Shown here piece after piece: positions 22,653 to 31,480 of a DNA stretch of 64,000 bases. Where the stretch lies: assembly GCA_963825825.1 (NCBI GenBank), contig CAWGUT010000004.1, forward strand, positions 9,715 through 73,714, in the 5' to 3' direction. The translations under genes were made by a program, and so were the position numbers. The notes beneath the pieces were generated by a model. It saw nothing but the letters and a program-made list of their open reading frames with translations. It did no database searches and was not told where the DNA came from. This DNA is from an uncultured Solirubrobacterales bacterium. Its GTDB lineage: Bacteria; Actinomycetota; Thermoleophilia; Solirubrobacterales; 70-9. How positions within the stretch are numbered: position 1 is the first letter of the stretch; the number at the start of each line of letters is the position of its first letter.

Positions 22653-23524
22653 ATGGATCCGATCTCCTATTTCCAGGCAATCGTCCTCGGCCTGCTCCAG
22701 GGAGTCTCCGAGCTCTTCCCGATCTCCAGCCTCGGGCACAGCGTCGTGCTGCCGCGCGTCTTCGGCTGGGACATCCACCAGAACGACGACTACTTCCTGA
22801 GCTTCCTGGTCGCCACCCATTGCGCGACCGCCCTCGTCCTCCTCCTCTTCTTCCTCAAGGACTGGGGCCGCATCGTCCGGGGCCTCGGCCGCTCGCTCCG
22901 CGACCGCTACATCGATCCCGAGGACAGCTACGCGAAGCTCGGCTGGCTGCTCGTGCTCGGCACGATCCCGGCGGGACTGCTCGGCCTGCTGCTCGAGCAC
23001 CCGCTGCGCACGCTGTTCGCCTCGACCCAGACGGCGGCGATCTTCCTCTTCGTCAACGGCCTGATGCTGTTCGGGGCGGAGGCGCTGCGCCGCCGCGCCC
23101 CCGTCCGAGACAGGCCGGCATCGAGGACGACGAGGTGATCGCGCGCAGGCTGAGCTTCCGCGACGCGCTCGGCATCGGCACGGCGCAGGCCCTCGCCCTG
23201 ATCCCGGGGCTCTCGCGCTCCGGCGCGAGCATGGGCGGCGGGCTGCTCGCCGGCCTCTCGAACGAGGAGGCCGCCCGCTTCGCCTTCCTGCTCGCCACGC
23301 CGATCATCGGCGCCGCCGGCGTGCTCAAGCTGCCCGACCTGCTCGGCTCGCAGGGCGACCACGTCCGCGGCCAGGCCCTGGTCGGCGCGCTCTGCGCGGC
23401 GGTCACCGCCTACTTCTCGGTCCGCTTCCTCCTCCGCTTCTTCGAGACCAACCGCCTGACCCCGTTTGCCATCTACTGCTGCGCGATCGGCGCCGTCCTC
23501 TCGATCGCCTTCGCGCTGAGCTGA
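22653..23524 (+). pseudogene. uppP: undecaprenyl-diphosphate phosphatase (copy 1), one frame break
   Basis: GLLQGVSELFPISSLGH is in ORF 22653..23138. After a switch near ~23100, ALIPGLSRSGASMGGG reads through to the stop in ORF 22820..23524. Confidence 0.85.
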
Positions 23525-23534
23525 GGAGGTTCCC

Positions 23535-23777
23535 ATGCAGAAGCGACCACAACTGATCCTGCCCGCCGTGATCCTGGGGATCGTCTTCCTGGTGATCGCA
23601 GCGATCTACTGGATCGACGACGCCGGATCCCTGCCCTCGTTCTTCCCGGGCCACGAGGCCGGCTCGACTCACGTCCACTTCAAGCACGGGCTGGCCGCGG
23701 CGATCGTCGGCCTGGGCTGCTTCGTCTTCGCCTGGTTTCAGACCGGCGGCGCGCCGCAGCGGAATCGCGCCACGTAG
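23535..23777 (+). CDS. small membrane protein (80 aa), hypothetical
   Basis: Uninterrupted ORF between the two uppP genes, with two hydrophobic helices (LILPAVILGIVFLVIAAIYW, LAAAIVGLGCFVFAWF). Confidence 0.5.
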   Translation: MQKRPQLILPAVILGIVFLVIAAIYWIDDAGSLPSFFPGHEAGSTHVHFKHGLAAAIVGLGCFVFAWFQTGGAPQRNRAT

Positions 23778-23789
23778 CATGCCGCGCCG

Positions 23790-24633
23790 ATGTCCGAACT
23801 CGAGGCCCTGCTTCTCGGGATCGTCCAGGGCCTCACCGAGTTCCTGCCGATCTCGTCTTCCGGGCACCTGATCCTCGTCCCCTGGCTGCAGGACTACACG
23901 TTCCTGGAGGACCACGAGGAGTTCAACAAGACCTTCGACGTCGCGCTGCACGCCGGCACGCTCGTCGCCGCGATCTCGTACTTCCGCCATGAGGTCGTCA
24001 CCTATCTCGGGGCCTTCTTCCGGAGCCTGCGGGCCCGACGATCGCGACCGTCGACGAGCGCGTCGCCTGGGCGATCGCGGTCGGGACCGTCCCCGCAGTG
24101 ATCGTCGGCGGCTCGGCTCAGGCTTCATCGAGGACCATCTGGGAGAGCCGTGGATGATCGGCATCCAGCTGATCCTCTTCGGCGCGCTCCTCGGTTGGGC
24201 CGACCGCCTGCCGGAAGCGCGCGGCGTCGACCGTCTCACCATGAGGGACGGTCTCTACGTCGGTCTCGCCCAGGTCCTGGCGCTGGCGCCGGGCACCTCC
24301 CGCTCCGGCATCACGATCACCGCCGCCCGCTATCTCGGCTTCGACCGGGACGCGGCCGCTCGAGTGTCATTCCTGCTGCTGATCCCGGCCGTCGCCGGGG
24401 CGACCGTCTACAGCGCGTACAAGGCGATCCACGACGGGCTGCCCGACGACGTGGCCGGCCCGATCGTCGTCGGCACGATCGCCTCGGCGGTCTCCGGCTA
24501 CCTCGCGATCGCCTGGCTGCTCCGCCTCCTGCGGACGCACAGCTACCGCCCGTTCGTGCTCTACCGCTACTTCGCCGGTGCCTTCGTCCTGCTGCTGATC
24601 GCCACCGGGATTCGCTCGGCGACGTTCGGTTAG
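23790..24633 (+). pseudogene. uppP: undecaprenyl-diphosphate phosphatase (copy 2), two frame breaks
   Basis: [17 protein letters not shown] is in ORF 23790..24101. Switches lie at ~24035-24110. LALAPGTSRSGITITAARYLG is in ORF 23989..24633. Confidence 0.85.
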
Positions 24634-25529
24634 TGAGGGTCGATCTGCAGTAGCTCGTCGCCGGGCTCGTGCTCGACCTGGAGAGTCGAGTGCTCGACCC
24701 CGAACCGGTCGGCGAGCAGCCGGGCGGCGCGCCAGCGCGCCTCGTGGCAGTCGGCGTCCTGTCCGACGATCAGGTGCGCGGAGATGGCGGGCATCCCCGT
24801 GGTGACCTCCCAGACGTGCAGATCGTGCACCTCGACCACTCCGTCCTCGGAGGCGAGCGCTTCGCCGATCGCCTTCGGCTCGAGTCCCCGGGGGGCGGCC
24901 TCCATGAAGACCCGGCCGCTCTCCCGCAGCAGCCCATAGGCGGCCCAGAGCATCAGCGCCGCGATCAGGAGCGAGGCGATCCCGTCGGCCCGTTCGAACC
25001 CCCAGATCAGGATCAGCGCCCCGGCGATCGCCGTGGCGATGAACGCGAAGAGATCGGTGACGACGTGCAGGAAGGCGCCCTCGATGTTGAGGCTCCGTCG
25101 CTCAGCGCCGGCGAGCAGGCGCGCAGCGACGAGGTTCACCGCGATCCCCACCACGGCGAGCGCCAGCACCACGCCGCCTTCCACCTGCGGAGGATCGATC
25201 AGGCGCCGGATCCCCTCGAAGACGACCAGCGCGCCCAGCAGGAGCAGCGTGATGCCGTTGATCTGCGCCGAGAGGATCTCGGCGCGCCTCATCCCGTAGG
25301 TGAAGCTGCCGCCGGGTGGCCTCCGGGCGAGCCGCAACGCGGCCAGCGCGAGCCCGAGCGCAACGGCGTCGGTGAGCATGTGTCCCGCGTCCGAGAGCAG
25401 GGCCAGCGAGGAGGCGAGGATCCCGGCCACGACCTCGGCGACCATGAGGCCGACGATCAGCGCGAAGGCGCCGGCGAGCCGCCTCTCGTCGGTCTGCTCG
25501 GAGAGGCCATGGGCATGTGTGTGGGCCAC
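24630..25529 (-). CDS. cation diffusion facilitator efflux transporter (CzcD/ZitB-like)
   Basis: Within ORF 24630..25769 the conserved part starts at GTG 25529 (VAHTHAHGLSE). It has six TM helices, the metal-site motifs HMLTDAVAL and HVVTDLF, and a C-terminal HDLHVWEV domain. The in-frame 80-codon upstream extension contains a terminator and looks non-coding. Confidence 0.85.
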   Translation of the reverse strand: MAHTHAHGLSEQTDERRLAGAFALIVGLMVAEVVAGILASSLALLSDAGHMLTDAVALGLALAALRLARRPPGGSFTYGMRRAEILSAQINGITLLLLGALVVFEGIRRLIDPPQVEGGVVLALAVVGIAVNLVAARLLAGAERRSLNIEGAFLHVVTDLFAFIATAIAGALILIWGFERADGIASLLIAALMLWAAYGLLRESGRVFMEAAPRGLEPKAIGEALASEDGVVEVHDLHVWEVTTGMPAISAHLIVGQDADCHEARWRAARLLADRFGVEHSTLQVEHEPGDELLQIDPH

Positions 25530-25585
25530 GGGTGGATTACACACCGCTTCGCCGTCAGATCGCGGCCACAAGGGGCGGCTCGCCC

Positions 25586-25626
25586 AAAAAAAAGCGCGCG
25601 ACCCGGGGCAGGGAGGGGTCGCGCGC
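25586..25626 (-). terminator. intrinsic terminator in the leader of the CDF gene
   Basis: An 11-bp perfect GC-rich stem (25594..25604 pairs with 25616..25626) with an 11-nt loop. On the minus strand it is followed by eight U (A8 at 25586..25593 on +). It lies 57 nt upstream of the CDF start codon. Confidence 0.6.
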
Positions 25627-25855
25627 GCTGACGAGAGAGGAATCTCGAAAGTGAGCGGGAGTCTCGCCACCGCGGGCCGGGCCCGGTGTGAACATCCCGA
25701 TACGGCCAACGCGCGCCATTTATGCGGCATTTGCCTGTGAAAATCCGGTGAACTCCCCCGGATCGGCATCCCCGGCCGGGCCCCTCCCTATGATGCGGCG
25801 CGACGAGAACGAGGAAAGTCCCGGAGCGGGACCGGTCCGAAGGGGAGGGCCCAGA

Positions 25856-26650
25856 ATGACCGAACAAGCACACGCGATCCGGCTGGCGGTGATCGACACC
25901 GACAGCGCCTTTCTCACTGTCCTCGGCAAGCGCCTCGACGGCGCGGGGTGGAAGCACCGGGTGCTGCCCGGCAGCGTGCCGGTCGACGACCTGGTCGCCA
26001 TGAAGGTGAACGCCCTGCTTGTCGACATCTCGGCACTGGGCCCCCAGGGTTGGGAGTTCCTCGAGAAGGTCTGCGGGACGATCCCCGGCCTCGGTGTCCT
26101 CGTCTGCAGCGACCAGTCGACGGTCCGCCAGCGGGTTCGCGGACTCCGCCTCGGCGCCGATGACTGGATCGCCAAGCCCTGTCACCCGGAGGAGGTGATG
26201 GCGCGCGTCGAGGCCGTCGTGCGCCGCCGCAGGCGCTCTGAGGTCCGGCTCAATTCCTGGCCGGTTCTCCATGCCGAGCTCGAGATCCGCTCGGACCAGT
26301 ACCAGGCTTTCGTCGGCGGCCAGAGCCTCGGTCTGACTCGGCGGGAGTTCGAGCTGCTCGAGCTGCTCGCCGAGGTGCCCGGCCAGGTGGTCGAGCGCGA
26401 GGAGATCTACCAGAAGGTCTGGGGCTACGCGATGGCCCACGGAGACCGCTCCGTGGACGTCTTCGTGCGCAAGCTGCGCCAGAAGCTGCACAGCCACTCA
26501 CCGAGCTGGCACTACATCCACACGCACTTCGGGATCGGCTACCGCTTCGACCCCCAGCGTGTCGACGGGGTGGAGGAGCCGCTCGAGACGGCCGCTCCGG
26601 TCGAGGTCCCGGACGAGCGGCTCGACGAAGTGGCCGCCGAGCGCAGCTGA
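25856..26650 (+). CDS. OmpR/PhoB-family response regulator, no adjacent histidine kinase
   Basis: Within ORF 25688..26650, read from Met 25856 with a GGGGAGGG SD-like stretch upstream. Receiver residues are VIDTDS, LLVDIS and IAKP. The C-terminal wHTH reads LTRREFELLELL, DRSVDVFVRKLRQKL and YIHTHFGIGYRF. Intact. Confidence 0.85.
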   Translation: MTEQAHAIRLAVIDTDSAFLTVLGKRLDGAGWKHRVLPGSVPVDDLVAMKVNALLVDISALGPQGWEFLEKVCGTIPGLGVLVCSDQSTVRQRVRGLRLGADDWIAKPCHPEEVMARVEAVVRRRRRSEVRLNSWPVLHAELEIRSDQYQAFVGGQSLGLTRREFELLELLAEVPGQVVEREEIYQKVWGYAMAHGDRSVDVFVRKLRQKLHSHSPSWHYIHTHFGIGYRFDPQRVDGVEEPLETAAPVEVPDERLDEVAAERS

Positions 26651-26679
26651 CGCCACCGCCGGCGACGTCCAGCCCTCCG

Positions 26680-26718
26680 TTCACTTCGCGTTCACCGGAT
26701 CTTCACTCGACCGTAACG
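26680..26718 (+). promoter_or_regulatory. four direct hexamer repeats at 11-bp phasing (OmpR/PhoP-type box array)
   Basis: TTCACT 26680, TTCACC 26691, TTCACT 26702, GTAACG 26713. The spacing is exactly 11 bp, and the array ends about 35 nt before ATG 26753. Confidence 0.6.
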
Positions 26719-26752
26719 AGTTGGGGCGGGGCGAGGGCGAAGCTCTACGCCC

Positions 26753-27115
26753 ATGCAAGGCGAGAACGGCGGACCCGTCTCGATCACCGGGCTGATCGGC
26801 GTTGACCGATCACCGGTGTACGCGGGCCGCCTCGAGATCCGGCCGGCCGAACACGCGGCGCTGGTCGACGGCCGCCCGCTCACCCTCACGGTGCGCGAGC
26901 TGCAGGTGCTCACCGAGCTCGCTCACAACGCGGAGCGGGTGATGACCCGGGACGAGCTCTATCGCGCGGTCTGGGGACGGGACTACCGGAAGAGCGATCG
27001 CTCGGTGGACGTCTACGTGGGCAGGCTGCGGGCGAAGCTCGACCGAGCCCTGCCGGGTCGCCGCTTCATCCACACCCACACCGGGATCGGCTACCGGTTC
27101 TCGCCGCAGGGCTGA
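26753..27115 (+). CDS. stand-alone OmpR-type winged-helix DNA-binding protein (no receiver domain)
   Basis: Uninterrupted 120-aa ORF with LTVRELQVLTELA, DRSVDVYVGRLRAKL and FIHTHTGIGYRF. These closely match the DNA-binding domain of the upstream regulator. Confidence 0.75.
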   Translation: MQGENGGPVSITGLIGVDRSPVYAGRLEIRPAEHAALVDGRPLTLTVRELQVLTELAHNAERVMTRDELYRAVWGRDYRKSDRSVDVYVGRLRAKLDRALPGRRFIHTHTGIGYRFSPQG

Positions 27116-27135
27116 GCAGCCGCTCAGCAGGCCCG

Positions 27136-27174
27136 TTCACATCCTTTTTACAAGCGGGCCACACGCCCGTAACA
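27136..27174 (+). promoter_or_regulatory. Pho-box-like array upstream of pstS
   Basis: TTCACA 27136, TTTACA 27147, GCCACA 27158, GTAACA 27169. These are four hexamers at exactly 11-bp spacing, 100 nt upstream of pstS ATG 27274. Confidence 0.6.
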
Positions 27175-27273
27175 AGATCCAGACGAGCCGCTGAGAGGGT
27201 GCGGGCCACCTGAAGGGAGCAGGGCGAGTCGGCCCAGCGCCCGCCTCGACAACGACAAAAGGAGAACGACCCA

Positions 27274-28368
27274 ATGTCAAGGAAGCTGTGGCCCGCACTC
27301 GCCGCCTCGGCCGTGCTCACCGTCGGCGTCGCCGCCTGCGGCGGCAGCGACGACAGCGCCAGCGCATCACGGCGCCTCGGGCACCATCGCCGGCGCGGGT
27401 TCCAGCGCCCAGCAGGCAGCCCAGGAGGCCTGGAACGCGAAGTTCGAGAGACGCGAACTCGGGCGCGACGATCTCCTACGACCCGATCGGATCGGGTGGC
27501 GGTCGCGATCAGTTCATCGCCGGCGGCAACACGGCCTTCGCCGGCAGCGACTCGCCGTTCGACACGGACGAGCTGCCGAAGGCGACCCAGCGCTGCCAGA
27601 GCGGCGGTGGCGAGCTGGTCCAGATCCCGAACTACATCTCGCCGATCGCGATCATCTACAACCTCTCGGGCGTCGACAGCCTGCAGCTCTCGCCCGACGT
27701 GACCGCGAAGATCTTCAGGGGCGAGATCACGAAGTGGAACGATCCGGCGATCGCGGCGGACAACCCGGGCGCGAACCTGCCCGACACGGACATCACGCCG
27801 GTGCATCGCTCGGATGAGTCCGGGACCACGGCGAACTTCACGGACTATCTCCATGTGGCCGCGCCGAGACGTCTGGACCGACGAGCCCGACAGCAGCTGG
27901 CCGCTGAAGAGCGGCGAGTCCGGCGCCCAGACGTCGGGCATGGTCCAGGCCGTCAAGGCCGGCGACGGCACGATCGGCTACGCCGACGAGAGCCAGGCCC
28001 AGGACCTGGGCGTCGCCAAGGTCAAGGTCGGCAACACCTACGTCGCCCCGAGCGCCGAGGGAGCCGCGACTGACTTCGAGCAGTCGCAGAAGGATCCGGA
28101 GCTCAGCCAGGGCAAGAACGTGTTCGCCTACAAGGTCCAGCGCACCCCGACCGACCCGAGCACGCTACCCGGTGCTGCTGGTCTCGTACCTGATGGGCTG
28201 CACGAAGTACGACTCGACCGACACGACCGACACTGGTCAAGGCGTACTTCAACTACATCATCAGCTCGGACGGGCCAGCAGGTCGCGGCGCAGAACGCCG
28301 GCTCGGCCCCGCTGCCGCCCGGCATCAACAAGGAGGACCAGACCGCCGTCGACGCGATCGGCGGCTGA
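27274..28368 (+). pseudogene. pstS: phosphate ABC transporter substrate-binding lipoprotein PstS, multiply frame-disrupted
   Basis: The lipoprotein signal MSRKLWPALAASAVLTVGVAAC is in ORF 27274..27702. Conserved pieces are in ORF 27288..28073 (ISYDPIGSGGGRDQFIAGGNTAFAGSD, ITKWNDPAI, HRSDESGTTANFT), ORF 27814..28368 and ORF 28172..28462. The gene ends ...QTAVDAIGG at TGA 28368. At least 5 switches. Confidence 0.85.
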
Positions 28369-28412
28369 TCCGACGGTGCTCTCAGCAACGCGAGAGCAAG
28401 GATTGACGGACC

Positions 28413-28444
28413 GGAGGGTCCCGCGCCACGGCGCGGGACCCTCC
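28413..28444 (+). terminator. perfect hairpin between pstS and pstC (attenuator/terminator-like)
   Basis: GGAGGGTCCCGCGCC (28413..28427) and GGCGCGGGACCCTCC (28430..28444) form perfectly complementary 15-nt arms. They are followed by TTCC, so there is no long U tract. Confidence 0.5.
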
Positions 28445-28462
28445 TTCCGATCTCTGAGCTAG

Positions 28463-29421
28463 ATGGAAGCCCACACCGAAACCACCACGCAGGCCGGCCA
28501 GATCCTCGCCTCGGCGAGCGGCGGCCGCCGGCGCCCGGGGACCGGATCTTCTCCAACGCCGCCGTGATCGCCGCGGTCACGGTGCTCGCGATCCTGGGCG
28601 GGGTCGCGCTCTTCCTGATCATCAAGTCGGCGCCCGCGGTGACCGCGAGCTCGGCGGACCTGCCCGGACGGCAAGAGCCTCGTCGACTACATCGCGCCGC
28701 TCGCCTTCGGCACGGTGCTCGCGGCGATCGTCGCCGTGGTCATCGCGGTGCCGCTCGCGGTCGCCGTCGCCCTCTTCATCAGCCACATCGCGCCGCGCCG
28801 GATCGCGAACACCCTCGCCTACATCGTCGACCTGCTCGCCGCGATCCCCAGCATCGTCTACGGGCTCTGGGGGATCTTCGTGCTCGGCCCCGCGATGGTC
28901 CCGATCCTCGACTGGCTGGTCGCCAAGCTCGGCTTCATCCCCTTCTTCGACGGGCCGGCCTCGGTGACCGGGCAGAACCATGCTCACCGCCGGCCTGGTG
29001 CTCGCGGTGATGATCCTGCCGATCATCTCGGCGGTCTCCCGCGAGGTCTTCTCCCAGACGCCGCGCAGGCTCGAGGAGGGCGCCCTCGCGCTCGGCGCGA
29101 CGCGCTGGGAGATGATCCGGATGGTCGTCCTCCCCTTCGGCAAGTCCGCGGTGATCAGCGGATCGATGCTCGGCCTGGGACGCGCCCTGGGGGAGACGAT
29201 GGCGGTGACGATCATCCTCTCGGTCTCCGGGATCGTCACCTTCGACCTGGTCAGCCAGGAGAACCCGACCCCGATCGCGGCGAACATCGCGCTCAAGTTC
29301 CCCGAGTCGTCCGGGCATCGACGTCAACGCCCTGATCGCCTCCGGCCTCGTCCTCTTCGGGATCACGCTGGTCGTGAACATGATCGCCCGCCTGGTCATC
29401 TCCCGCTCGAACGTCCAATAG
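28463..29421 (+). pseudogene. pstC: phosphate ABC transporter permease PstC, multiply frame-disrupted
   Basis: Starts at ATG 28463. Pieces are in ORF 28564..29010, ORF 28715..29335 (AAIPSIVYGLWGIFVL) and ORF 28980..29759 ([18 protein letters not shown]-loop). The tail [35 protein letters not shown] ends at TAG 29419..29421. Confidence 0.85.
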
Positions 29422-29426
29422 AGCCG

Positions 29427-30535
29427 ATGGCTGACGACACCGAGAGAGAACCCGGCGGCGGCCTTCGACCCGGCGGAGATGGTCTCGCCGCTCGGCGGCC
29501 CGACGCTCGGCGGGCGGCACGCTGCCGCCCTGGTTCCTGCGGGCGGTGGTCGGCGGCTCGCGCGCTGATCTCGCTCGCCGTGCTGCTCGCCACGGGCGGC
29601 TTCACGATCGTCCTGCTCTTCGTCCTCACCGTTCGTCCTCGCCCTGCCGACCGGCCTACATCTGGTCGCGGCTCGACCGAGGGGCGGCGGCGAGGCCAAG
29701 GACCGCCTGGTGACGCTCGGGATCGTCGGCCGGCTTCGGCATCGCGGTCGCCCCGCTGATCTCGCTGCTCTACGAGGTGGTCAAGCGCGGCGCCGCCCGC
29801 TTCGACGGATCGTTCTTCACGGAGTCGTCGCGCGGCGTGATCGGCGCCGGGGGCGGCGCGGAGCACGCGATCATCGGCACGCTGGTGATCACCGGCGTCG
29901 CCACCCTGATCTCGGTGCCGATCGGGATCATGGCCGCCGTCTACCTGAACGAGTACGGGACCGGCCGGCTGCGCAGGGCGCTCACCTTCTTCGTCGACGT
30001 GATGACCGGGATCCCCTCGATCGTCGCCGGCCTGTTCGCCTACGCGCTCTTCGCCCTCTTCCTCGGGCCCGGGATCCGCCTCGGCATGATCGGCTCGGTC
30101 GCCCTCGCCGTCCTGATGATCCCGATCGTGATCCGCTCGGCGGAGGAGATCCTGAAGATCGTTCCCAACCACCTGCGCGAGGCCGCCTACGCGCTGGGGA
30201 CCCCGAAGTGGAAGGTGGTGCTGCGAATCGTGCTGCCGACCGCCCTGGCCGGTCTGGTGACCGGCGTGATGCTGGCGGTCGCGCGGGTGATCGGCGAGAC
30301 CGCGCCGCTGCTCGTCACCACCGGAGTGATCGACTCGGTCAACACCGATCCCGTCAACGGGCGGATGCAGAACCTCGCCGTCTACGCCTACAGCGAGTAC
30401 AAGGACCCGGGGGTCGAGGTGCAGGCCTCCTACGACAAGGCGTGGGCCGCGGCGCTCACCCTGATCGTGATCGTGATGCTCCTCAGCCTGCTCGCCCGCT
30501 GGATCTACCGCCGCTTCGGAACCGACCTTCGCTAG
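29427..30535 (+). pseudogene. pstA: phosphate ABC transporter permease PstA, 5' third frame-disrupted
   Basis: Starts at ATG 29427. The first ~350 nt need at least 3 switches. ORF 29777..30535 is intact and carries the permease core (REAAYALGTPKWKVV EAA-loop). Confidence 0.85.
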
Positions 30536-30574
30536 CCAGCTTGAGACTGCCATTGACCAGGGACAGGAGGAGAC

Positions 30575-31480
30575 ATGCCCGAGACAGCCGACGAGACCAC
30601 GGATCGACCAGGACCTGCCGGACGTGGCGACCGACCTCGCCCAGGACCGCGGAGGCGGCGAAGAGGGAGGAGGCCGCCGCTAGGGTCGAGCGCGTGGCGA
30701 AGCGCTTCCAGGTGAAGGACGTCGAACCTCTACTACGGCAGCTTCCACGCCGTGCAAGGACGTCACGATGACGATCGAGGCGAACCAGGTGACCGCGCTG
30801 ATCGGCTCCTCCGGCTGCGGGAAGACCACGATGCTGCGCTCGCTCAACCGAATGCACGAGCTCACCCCCGGCGCCCGGGTCGAGGGCGAGGTCGTCCTCG
30901 ACGACCAGGACATCTACGCGCCCAACGTCGACCCGGTCGAGGTCCGCCGGCTGGTCGGCATGGTCTTCCAGGCGCCCAACCCGTTTCCGACGATGTCGGT
31001 CTACGAGAACGTCGCCGCCGGCCTGACCCTCAACCGGCGCGGGATCTCCAAGTCCGAGAAGGACGACGATCGTCGAGCGCTCCCTGCGCGGCGCGCACCT
31101 CTGGGAGGAGGTCAAGGACCGCCTCGACCGCCCGGGCTCCGGGCCTCTCGGGCGGGCAGCAGCAGCGGCTCTGCATCGCCCGCGCGATCGCGGTCGAGCC
31201 GGAGGTCCTGCTGATGGACGAGCCCTGCTCGGCCCTCGACCCGATCGCGACGCTGGCGATCGAGGACCTGATCGCGGAGCTGAAGACCCGCTACACGATC
31301 GTGATCGTCACCCACAACATGCAGCAGGCGGCGCGCGCCAGCGACATGACCGCCTTCTTCAACCTCGAGGCGAGCGGCAAGCCCGGGCGTCTGGTCGAGA
31401 TGGACGCCGACCGAGCAAGATGTTCACCAACCCCGTCCAAGAAGGAGACCGAGGACTACGTCAGCGGGAGGTTCGGCTGA
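30575..31480 (+). pseudogene. pstB: phosphate ABC transporter ATP-binding protein PstB, multiply frame-disrupted
   Basis: AGGAGG at 30565..30570 and ATG at 30575. Motifs are [10 protein letters not shown], Walker [10 protein letters not shown] (ORF 30768..31214), [25 protein letters not shown] and ...[11 protein letters not shown] (ORF 30752..31480). There are about 6 single-base shifts. Confidence 0.9.

Noticed and set aside
25530-25769. An 80-codon N-terminal extension of the CDF transporter (ORF starts at ATG 25769).
   Set aside because: The extension has poor codon bias, no similarity to CDF N-termini, and contains a canonical terminator hairpin plus a U8 tract. GTG 25529 immediately precedes the conserved His-rich N-terminus.
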